From: Rhizophagus irregularis
Taxonomy: Eukaryota
Direction of reading: 5' to 3'
DNA length: 64,000 nt
NCBI RefSeq assembly: GCF_026210795.1
Contig: NC_089432.1
Location: forward strand, 1,984,001 to 2,048,000
This document shows positions 53,280 through 64,000 of the stretch, one piece after another. The stretch's first letter is position 1, and every line of letters starts with the position of its first letter. The position numbers and the translations under genes are program-made. A model generated the notes under the pieces. The model was not told the DNA's origin. It searched no databases and saw only the letters and a program-made list of their open reading frames with translations.

Positions 53280-53545
53280 GGTTATGAGAAAGTAGTTTCT
53301 CCTCTTCAAAGTTCAAGCTTTCTTTCGATAGTTCTTAATGCATTGAAGTCTTTCAAAGTTGAACCTCTTAAAAGCAAAGATCGCCGAGTAGTGAGCGTAT
53401 TCGAGACACCGCAATGAACGAAAGACCTGCTGCGAACTCTGGTCTATTTTTGACTTTGAGTCCCTGGCTTTTATGTATTGTAATAGCTCATGCGAGACCT
53501 ATAGGGACTTGCAAACGTGAACGTTGTGTTTCGTTTTTACCTCTA
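53280..53545 (-). pseudogene. PIF1 helicase C-terminal fragment
   Basis: RLQVPIGLA*AITIHKSQGL, EFAAGLSFIAVSRIR, FNFERLQ. Confidence 0.8.
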
Positions 53546-56500
53546 AGTTATTATGAATATTATAAGAATTGCATAATCTATTCTTAATTAAAACATATAA
53601 TTTTTGCATAATTCTTGAAAATTAGAATAAAAAACATATATATTATATTATAAAGAATAAATGTTACGTCGTGAATAAGAATATTTAATAAAGTAAAAAT
53701 TTTATATAAGATAAAAATGGTCATAAATAAGATCTATTCTGTGTTAAAATAATATAATTAAAAAAAAGAAATAAATTAGAATAAAGGATTTTTAAATAAT
53801 TTTTTAATTTGAGAAAAGAATATAAATCAATTGAGATAGATCTCCTATTTATTGATTGAGATGATCGTTATTCATATCAAAGCCACATCCAAAACTTTAC
53901 CAAAATTGGTATACTTCCTACACAGCATTTTTAACAAATTTAAAACCATTTTAATGTTGTACATATTGTTCTACCATTTGCTAATTACATCATTATTGAT
54001 ACTGATGCGTGTCACTTGATTTAACAAATTTTTTATTAACGACCTTGCACATGATCCAATTGATCCATGTATAGATATACAAATTTATATATTAACTAAA
54101 TTTACGAATAATAAATATATCAAACAAATATAAGTAAGTTTCATAATTAAACCTAGAAAATTTTTGATTTTGTCAATAAAAAAATTTTTGTGAAATTATT
54201 CTGGTAATTACATTTCGATCGTCCTATCGGTAAAAAAAAAATGTTAAAAACTTATTTTAATGTACTGTTACTTTTACATATGATAATAAACTATTAAGGC
54301 ATATTTTATTTGTCAATATTATAATTATTATAATTGTTAACTTGAGATATTATTAAACATGATACAATACTATTCCCAATATATTGTGTTACGGACGTGG
54401 ATGTAATATTTTTGTGGAGAATATTTAATGCTAATATAGTCTAAACTTGGTAAAATTACAATTTTAGAGTATCACTTTGTTTATCTAACGATGGATATTT
54501 TGCTAGAATACATCAGTTGCAATAATATGTTAAAAGAAAAGAGTCCTTTTTCTTGATTCTTAATATGATAAACCCATATGTAACCATCACTTATAAGAGA
54601 TTTTCACAATATTTTTCAATATCTTCACTATTAACTCTAAACTCATGTTTAGTTCAGTATTTTATCTTTCATAAAGTTCGTTAGTATTACTTAAAGAGGT
54701 TAAGGAATTATATATGGTTTCTGTTATATCCTGCATAATTAATTATCGTGCCATGTTTTCTGTTTTATTTTTTATTGAAATGTAATCTTGTAATATTTTA
54801 CAACATAATTTCTTTTTCAAACCTTATTTTGTTGTTGATATGATATCAACAATTTTTAGAAAAATATTCCGTAAGTGAAAAAAAAGGTGATGTGTGGCGT
54901 TAAGATCAATAAAAAGTTTATAATTACCGTCTGGGTCATGTGCGCAGATCAAGTGTAATCTGGAACAAATCCGGCTACCATTTTTTTTAAGGGTCGTTTC
55001 CTTGATGTCATTTAGTTAACTATAATATACCGCAATAAAGTTGTTTACAGTATATTAAAAAAGCAAAAGCATATGAAGAATGAAGTAATACATACTCTCC
55101 ACAAAGTTATTCTATGTAAAGTCGCAAATTCGTAACTTTCTTGTAATCTCTACATTATACTTGCTAAATAAAAATTTATGATGAAATAACAAACTTATAC
55201 CAAATCCAGTGACATGACAATGGAGAATCTAGGTTAAATTCTTGTGAAAAAATTATATGCTGTACAATAGATATTCGATTTACGGTACGCAAAATAGATC
55301 TAGTTGCGTCAGATCCCGACAGTTCATTATCCAAAAACTCTAACAAATTATTGCATAATGGCTTATTCAGGATTTTGGGATTATGGTTGTAGACAGACTG
55401 CAACGGACCTCAACCTGGCGAACCCGGTGAAACCAATTTGCGCACCGGTTTCATGATAAAACTGTATTTTTAAACATGATCAACTATTAAAATATGCGTG
55501 CAATACGAGCAAAATATTGTTAATTACTGTTTTTTGAAAAATTTGATATTTATTAAAGAAAAAAAATTTACCTTTTTTTCAAATATAGTCCGACCTCTTT
55601 ATAACTGTTCTAGTGATTATATAGAAGTATGACTGTATAAAGGTCTAAGATTATAAATAATAAAAGAGATGTAGGTTAGTAACATAGGTTCTTATAAAGA
55701 GGTATTCTTATACGATAGGGTGATTGTATGGAGGTCTGACTGATTTTATTTAAATTGTTGTTATCGGCATGATCAATGTTTAATTATAACTCATTAAGTT
55801 GACCTAATTAAATAAATATCATTTTAACTTTTTTGGAAATAGATAACAGGATTATTAATGGAAGAACGTGATCTAAATTTCAAGTTTCAGCCATTTGTGT
55901 CACGCGACTCTTAACATGATACCGCTTCGGATGCCTAAAAAAAGAATGTATTTAGATATTAATAAAATATAAAAGTATATTTTTTAGGATTTTTTAATCT
56001 TCTTCCTTAATGCCTTATCATTCTGTGTATGGTTTAAATTCGTCTTTTTTTTTATGATAATACTGATAATACTCTCGGGTTCAGTTCTCAAAAAACTGTT
56101 TCTGTTCCTCTGAAATTGCTACTGTATTAATTGGATAGTACTGGTTTCGTTTGTTGAATTACCGTATATCGCGGGCCACAGCACCCCCGGGTATCTTGCA
56201 AATTTAGGAGGTCGATTGACGCTGTACCCGGGAGTGTACCAAATTTCTTATTATAAATTAGAGGTTTTAAAAACTTGTAGTATATTCAAAAAAAAATATG
56301 CATTACTTATCTCCTGGCTATTCCAATTAGCTAGGAGATAATTGATTTATCCCCTGCCATTTACACAATAGTAAGTGTTTTATAGTATATCGTGAGCGAG
56401 TATAATATAGTATATTTTATTGTTGAATCTTATTTTTCTTTCGCTTGGTTTTTTTTTCATTTTAAAAGATTTTAAAAAAATAATTAAATTTTAAAAAGTT

Positions 56501-56747
56501 TCGGAACTATTACTATTACACTTGAAAAATAATATTGAGATTATTTTTCTCATTTGGAAAATGCAAATCTTTCCGAATTACTCAAATTTTCAAATCAGTC
56601 CATTATAGTATAATCAATAGTTAATCTTTACCGCAAAATTTCCTAGAAACGGATATATAAAATTTGCTTATAACTACATTTGCATAATCGTGTAAATGGT
56701 GCCGATCAGGGGATAATTACATGTGTCGCCTGTGTAAAATTAGGTTG

Positions 56748-56962
56748 TTTACAGCTGATTTCATAATGTAAAAGACACTTAGCAAATTTTAAAGAACTCG
56801 GAAATATTCGGTAAAGCTCACAATAGGATAGAATTATACCACCATTCTCGGAATAGTACTCTAAAACTAGCGTATAATTTTTATTTTATATCAAGTTTTA
56901 CCGAATACTTCCGAGTTCTTTAAAATTTGTAAAATCCCGTACATTATGAAATCAGCTGTAAA
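56748..56962. repeat. Foldback element with ~70-bp arms
   Basis: TTTACAGCTGATTTCATAATGTA and CAAATTTTAAAGAACTCGGAA are both mirrored at 56894-56962. Confidence 0.85.
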
Positions 56963-57104
56963 TAGTAAAATCAAAAGAAAATAGAGATTTTTTCAGAAAA
57001 AAAGGGGGATACCGTGGCCTAGAGGTCCGCATCGACTCTATCTTACAACCTGGCCCGGTCCGCACTTTGAAATTAACCTAAAGTGCCCGGCCCGGACTTA
57101 CAGA

Positions 57105-57666
57105 AAATTTGAAATATAGTGGACACTTGAAAATTTTGATTGTCGAGATTTTCGGGTACTCAGGTTACTTGGCTAGTCGGGTTATTAGAAAAGATACATA
57201 ACACGTGACATATATATATATATGATGGCGTAGTATAAAGTATAATTGTATATACTATATAATATGTAAACACATCAATATAACATAAATTAATGAATAA
57301 AAATTTTTTTCAACAATATTACTTTATTTGATTTTTATTGAACAATGACATTTTCTTTGGAATTTCGTTTGAATACCTGTCCAATTTGTCTAATTAATAA
57401 ACGAGAATGTTTATTTAGTATTGATTTAGGCATCATACAAAAAATCAAAAGAAAATAACACAGGTATACTTTAATTAAATTTTAATATAACGTAATTACA
57501 TTACATAGTATATGCAATTATACTTTATTATGCTTTATACTACGCCATCATATATATGTGTCACGTGTTATGTATCTTTTCTAATAACCCAACTAGCCGA
57601 GTAACTCGAGTACCCGACAATCCTGACAATCAAAATTTTCAAGTGTCCACTATATTTCGAATTTTT
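57105..57666. mobile_element. Foldback element/MITE with ~140-bp inverted arms
   Basis: 57105-57245 is the reverse complement of ~57527-57666, with few mismatches. Confidence 0.88.
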
Positions 57667-57832
57667 ATTAAAAGCCCGGCCCGGACCTTTGGGGGTTCCT
57701 TAATGTACAGTGAGGGTGTACGATATTAAAGTACAAACTGGCCAGAATTAACATTAACGCTATCACGTGCAAGTGCATAACTCCTAAACTCGGGCCAGTT
57801 TGTACGTACACCCTCACGGCCGTACGACCGTA

Positions 57833-59144
57833 CAGTGCCTGGAAATAAGTCAGTAAGCACGTGACTGTAGATCATTTATTTGTTTAACTTTAAAACCAGT
57901 TTTGTCGATCATTTTATTATAAATTTGTCTCCAATTTTTTCCCATGCGTTGTTTAGAACCTTCTTTAACTACTATGTCTTGCAAACGAAGAGAACTTACA
58001 ATTTTTGAACGTGGAGAAGTCATTGGAGCTTGGAAATGTGAAGTAAGTGAACGAAAGATAGCTGAAGCATTAAATTGTCCCAGTTGTACCATTCATAAGG
58101 TTATTTCTACTTACAAGATACGTGGTGATGAGACACTCCCTCCTAGGACTGGAAGACCGCCTAAAATGACAGAAAGGGATGGCCGACATTTAATAAGAAT
58201 TCTTAAAAAAGATAGGAAAATGACCCTTCAGGAGTTACATGAGAATTTCGTTTATTCTACTTCCACACATGTATGCAAAAAAACTTTACTTAATTATCTT
58301 CATGAACAAGGTTTTTATAGTCGAGTAGGAGTAAGAAAACCTCTTGTTACTGAAACCAATAGAATTAAAAGACTCAACTGGGCTAAAGAACGAAAATTAT
58401 GGATAAATGAGTGGGACAGTGTTATTTGAAGCGACGAATCCAAATTTGAATTATTCAGAGGAAATGGTAGGAGATTGGTTTGGAGAAGGCCACATGAAAA
58501 ATATGATATTGAGTGTTTAATACCTACAGTAAAGTCAGGTCAACAAGGAGTGATGGTTTGGGGATGTTTTTCAAAAAACAATCTTGGTCCATTAGTTAAA
58601 TTAGAAGGTAAAATAACAGCCACAGTATATATGAATATACTGGAAAATTATTTATTACCATTTATTAATAATCTAGACGATCAGGAAAATTTTATTTTTC
58701 AGGATGATAATGCCCCTATACATACTGCAAGGGTGGTTAAGAGTTGGGAAGAAGAAAATGAAGTAAACAGCCTCCCTTGGCCCGCACAGAGCCCAGATTT
58801 GAATCCTATAGAGCATTTATGGGATGAATTGGAAAGGCAGGTGCGGGCACATAAGCCATTACCAAAAAACAGGGAGAATTTATGGGAAATACTTCAAGAG
58901 GAATGGTTAAATATTGAAGCTGATAAATATCAAAATCTTATTAGTAGCATGCCTCGTCGTATCTCTGCTGTTATAAATAGTAAAGGTTACCCAACAAAGT
59001 ATTAATAAAAAGTTGAAGGCTTTGTCTTTCAAATAAAAAAAAAAATATTAAATTTGGCATAGTAATTTATGAATTATTTAATTTTAAAAATTCGCATTAA
59101 AATTGATCGACATCACGTGCTTACTGACTTTTTTCCAGGCACTG
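57833..59144 (+). mobile_element. Full-length Tc1 element
   Basis: TA TSDs and a 32-bp TIR CAGTGCCTGGAAATAAGTCAGTAAGCACGTGA with one mismatch. Confidence 0.95.
57944..59005 (+). pseudogene. Tc1 DD34E-type transposase with one premature TGA
   Basis: GRPPK, VI*SDESKF (stop 58427-58429 at the conserved W position), MVWGCF, FQDDNAPIH, WPAQSPDLNPIEHLW, GYPTKY. Confidence 0.93.
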
Positions 59145-60396
59145 TACGTTAAAAACGCCGTTGTAAAAACAAAAAAATCGGCCAACTTAATTTTGGCCAG
59201 TTTAATTTCGGCCAGAATTAAGACGATTTGGCCAGAATTACGAAAATCCGGGTTTAACGAAAATCATGTGCCGGATATCTCTATTTCCCATCTAATAACT
59301 ATTTATTATGCATAAAGAATAAAGATAACATGTTAAAATTTAACTACTACGCTATTTAACTACTACGCTACTAAAGTACTGTTATTAAATTTCAATTTAT
59401 TATTACTACTTTACTTTACTCGGAATAGATCGTGCTAAAAGAAAGGCATCATAAATATTCGAAATATGGATAAATATTAATGTTGAGTTTATGTTGTTCT
59501 ATCTAATAAATCCTTGATTTATTTCAATTCTTTAATATAAAATATTATATTCAATGTTAAGATATTGATCATTCGACACGAAAATTTTAAGTTTCATCGA
59601 TCCCAAATTTTACTTTTATATAAAAAAAATATTTTTTCACATTTCAATTAGATAATTACAAATTTTAATATATTAAAAAATTATAGTAATCAAGATTTTT
59701 GCGTGTTTTACTTTATAAAGATAAAAAATAAAATTAAAAGTACTAAAGTTTGAAAGGTTTGATATACTAGTCAGCCCCCGACATAACAAAATAGACGACT
59801 GAAGCCAATCAGACCTTCGTTACGAGGAAATTCGGCATTACGAATTACTCAGTATAATGGGAATGGGTATGATATAAATTATTAATTAAAGAGTGATCAT
59901 GAAAAACTGGTGTTACATTCTCTTTATAACGAAATTTTTTTATAAACATAACGAAGATTTGAAGATTTACAAAATAAATTTTATTATAAAGAATTTTTTA
60001 CAAAAGTAGTTATATGTACTTTATATATGGTTTATGAGATATAATAGTAAATTTCAGTATAACAAAATATATGTTATCACGGATTTATACAATTAAACGC
60101 TTCGTCGATTTTTTACCGACGAGTCTTTTGTAATTGCGTAGACATAATTTTATTTCTTACAGTCCATTATTTTGACATTCACAAAAAAAAAAAATATTTA
60201 TTTTAGTGGTGATTAATTTTCTTCAAACTTAAATTTTCGAAAATAAACAATCAATTAGTTTTATAATATTATTAAGGGTATTGCTAAACATCTCCTTTAC
60301 CAGCATTAGGATGGCATCTTGGGCGGAGTTACATTCATATTCTTAATTCTACTCCAAGTTCCATCCTAATGCTGGTAAATGCGATGATCGCCTAGG

Positions 60397-61123
60397 TAGG
60401 GATTGGAACTGGCTAAAGCGGTTAACCGGTTAAGATAATCCCAAAAACGGTTAACCGAATAATTAAACGGTTAATCGGTTAAATATATCAGGATAATTTT
60501 TTAATTCAGAACCTCCGATATTCCTATATTGGCTAACGGCTAGCTAAAAAAATAAACTAATTGAAACTTTTTTATTGCTCAATTTTTTACGAAATTTTTT
60601 TTTAAATTATTTTTTTTTATTTTTTATACAACATGGATGATATTGACTATAGAGACATATAAGAATCTCAATCTTAGTCATCAAGACAACAAATAAAAAG
60701 AAATTCAAAGTATTTAAGTTGCTAGCACTAATAAGGTAAATAAATATCATAATTAAATACTTGAAATGTTATCTATAAAGTCTTTTTAGAGAAAATAGGT
60801 TAAGAACAACCCATCGTTTTCGTTATTTCAATTTTATCATTTTTACTGATATTTATATTTACATTATTTATATAAATTATGTGTTTACAATTTATCGAAT
60901 ATTTATGAATAAAGTTAAAAACTGAATGTGTTTTTATCATAAATGATGTATAATTTTAAGAGTAAAATTGCGATAGATTTATCAAATATTCAAATGGGCA
61001 AAATAAAACTTATAAACGCGTTAAACCTAAAACTTATATCTTTAACCGGTTATTATCCGGTTAAACGTCCCGATTAACCGGTTTTTAACCGGTTAAGGAT
61101 TTTTTGGACGGTTCCAATCCCTA
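60397..61123. mobile_element. hAT-type non-autonomous element (TAGGGAT termini)
   Basis: Perfect TIR TAGGGATTGGAAC, perfect 8-bp TSD CGCCTAGG at 60389-60396 and 61124-61131, and CGGTTAA subterminal repeats. Confidence 0.93.
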
Positions 61124-61344
61124 CGCCTAGGCGATGATTAGTAATCATCTATTATTAATTTCATTACAAGGGCCACTCAAAATCCCGAAATCAAAATCTT
61201 ATCGATATTCATATCCTGAATATTCACCACAATCTCGGCCATTATCCCGACACTAAATTTATGACTCTATTATCTGATTTTGATTAGTAATTGGAAAATA
61301 AAATTATAACAATTTCAGTTAATAATGGAGGTTACAGTACAATT

Positions 61345-61480
61345 GTCCGAACAATATTTTCCCGAATATACCTTTTCCCGATGTCAATTATCTGAATGCC
61401 AATTTCCTGAACTGGACATTTTCCTGAAATATACAATTCCCGAATCTTATTTCCCGAACTCCAATTTCCTGGAATCCCAT
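61345..61480 (+). repeat. TTTCCCGAA short-repeat tract, probably a DNA-transposon terminus remnant
   Basis: Regularly spaced TTCCCGAA/TTCCTGAA motifs. Confidence 0.5.
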
Positions 61481-64000
61481 TCACGGTTTGAACGAGCATG
61501 TGGTTATATTTCTATTACTCTTTCTTATAAAATCAGTAGTATATGATAAATAATAAACATAGCGAGCGAACTAAAAAAATGACGAATAACCATCGATTAT
61601 TAGAATTTATTAATATATAAAAAAATAATTTTGTAATTATCACACTATCTATTCTTTAATCTAGTACAGATATCTCTGCGCGAGTACGTAAAATATGTCA
61701 CGTGATCGTAATTCATGTTACTTCAACTTCGCATTAAGCTTAAATTTGGCCAATATTTTAAATGACGGACTTAAATGATAAATGTTCATAAATCGAGACC
61801 ATAATAGAAGTCATTTCAAAATTTCTAAATGACCTGATTATTTGCCTGATTTTGGGTTAGAGATACAGCATATATTTTTTGCAAATTTCACATTTCACTA
61901 CCGGTTCGAGTCAGTTATTTGATTCATCTTTAGATCGATCAATTTAATGTATGGGTTTAGAATTAGGCCAACCTATCGTGTCAGTTGATAACTAAGATTT
62001 GATATGTTTACGCGAAAACTTGTTTACGTTTAAATCTAACGAATGTAAAATCACTCTGGAAGCATAACTAGTGGTATTTTTCGGCATAAATATTATCCGT
62101 AAAACCCGAGTCGATCTCGAGTCGTATAACGCAGGTAAAAAAAAACCCCGACATCTTTTTTTTTGAAAATTATGTCACATTTTGCTTTTCATTTAAATAA
62201 AGAAATAAATTTTCACAAGGTAATTATTCATTTTGGTTAAATTGATAAATATTTTCCAACATTCATGGTAAATCGTCTGCTTAGTATTTGTAATGAAAAA
62301 TATCTCTTATAAGGTTATAGTGCTTTACAACGATTAACATATTTATCAACGTAATAAGCAGACGTATGTGACATTCGTGTGATTTTATCTTAATTAGATA
62401 CGAAAGTTTAAATTTTATATTATTTATATTGTACTTGTTATAATATCGCTAACACTTACTAAAAACAATATAAAAAAACGATATCAAAAAAACTAGATTG
62501 TCCATAATATGGGAGCACATAAACCAATAATTGTTAGTATTAATTTTGATGAGAATTCTAAAGGTAGTCACCAATCATTAAAAAATATTTTAGAAAGAGA
62601 GATCTACTACTAAATATATGTACTGTACATTGTTTTGGTAAGACCGTTATACATGCTTGAACACACAACGTGATTTTCACGTCAAAAAATTGTAATATAA
62701 AACGGTTTACTAAAAAAAATTATGAAATACACTTGATTAAACAGAACCTAAAAAGTCAAAGACTATATATACTGTAATAAAGGGGCACGTTTTATAATTA
62801 TTCTTATTAAAAAAGAGTAATCGAATAAAGTTTCAATTTAATTAACTAAGTTTCGAATTCCAAATAATTTATTCGTATCACAATTAATATGTAGTGAACC
62901 AATATAATTATAAATTAATCTACTGAAATAAATCGTGGATTATTATTCTACCAATAAATCACTTGGGTGTTTTCCCAGACCTTGGGGTTATTCTTATAAA
63001 CCTTGTGGCACAGCTGATCATTATTTACATTTTCATTTTATCATAGTCACATCATTTTGTACTCTTCTCTTGGCTTTTACGAACATGGAATTGGATGTGA
63101 AATTGATGGTCAAATTATTTTTCTTTATTTTCCATATTAAATATTTTTTTTTATTATTATTATTTTCATAATAGTGTATAAAATAAAAATAAAAAAACTA
63201 TTAAATTTGATAAAGTGTGCTTAATGATTGCCAAGGACATGTGCGCGTTTTTTTTTATAGATTTTATAGTGTAATTTTAGCAAATAATATATACTTATTG
63301 TATAATATTTAGGCAATAAACGTGCTGTTTTCGATTGAGGCCATTTGATTGGCTCAGAATGTGCCACGAAGTGGCACAATCTTACCAGCCTAACAGCTAA
63401 AGACATATACAATAAGTGTTTTATTATATAGACTCTCACGATCATACTAGTTGTAATGATTATTTATTATATATATTACCGATAAAGCTATTCAATAAAT
63501 GTAAAAAAAGTACAGTGTGATCCTATAAGGATATATAATAAAAGCATTTATAATATTAGAATAAAATAATTCTTTATACAGTAGTTGTCTAGTAGTATTT
63601 ATTAAGCATTACATTTAATGGTTATTAATTTATTTTTACAACACTTTTCTGTCATAAAAAATTCCAAGATACTCCAAATAATCTCTACAGTAAAAAATTA
63701 ATATAAAATGTTACACTTACACATGCATTATTGCAAAGAATAAATGTTACACGATAAAATGGTTACGAATATAAAAAATAAGTTTTATAAATAAAAAAGA
63801 ATTATGAAAAATACTTTTCATTTTTTTTTTATTAAAATTACGATCATTTTAAGATAAACGTTTCTTCGCTTCCGAAAAAAAAAACTGCGGAAAATTTTCC
63901 AAGTACAAAAATTTTTCTAATACTACGTAAAAAATAAGACTTACCTGACATTATAGCTAAGATAAGGTGCCTGAACCGGTCCATAATTTCCACCCTAAAC

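Overview
A very AT-rich, intron-containing eukaryotic window. The gene families (TKL kinase-Sel1, BTB-BACK-TLDc, F-box/LRR, stand-alone TKL kinase) and the repeat landscape suggest an arbuscular mycorrhizal fungus (Glomeromycota, Rhizophagus-like); this is an inference, not a database result. Host genes: two paralogous 5-exon kinase-Sel1 genes, one multi-exon TKL kinase, one F-box protein, and pseudogenes for BTB-TLDc (x2), a SAM methyltransferase and an FAD monooxygenase. Transposons are dense and nested: near-complete MULE, hAT and Tc1 elements (each transposase broken by one in-frame TGA), a decayed Tc1, Helitron, Plavaka-like, Harbinger, pogo and LINE remnants, and many MITEs/foldbacks. 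The most unusual stretch, 25.5-26.8 kb, shows no TE hallmarks. It has a TATA-like run, a repeat-rich leader, a hydrophobic ORF, two 125-nt hairpins each carrying the U1A-type ATTGCAC motif, and a terminal 52-nt mascRNA-like tRNA mimic. I propose this as a candidate MALAT1/NEAT1-style non-polyadenylated transcript with an RNase P-processed 3' end. A Mutator-type MITE carrying telomere-like TTAGGG repeats is a second oddity.
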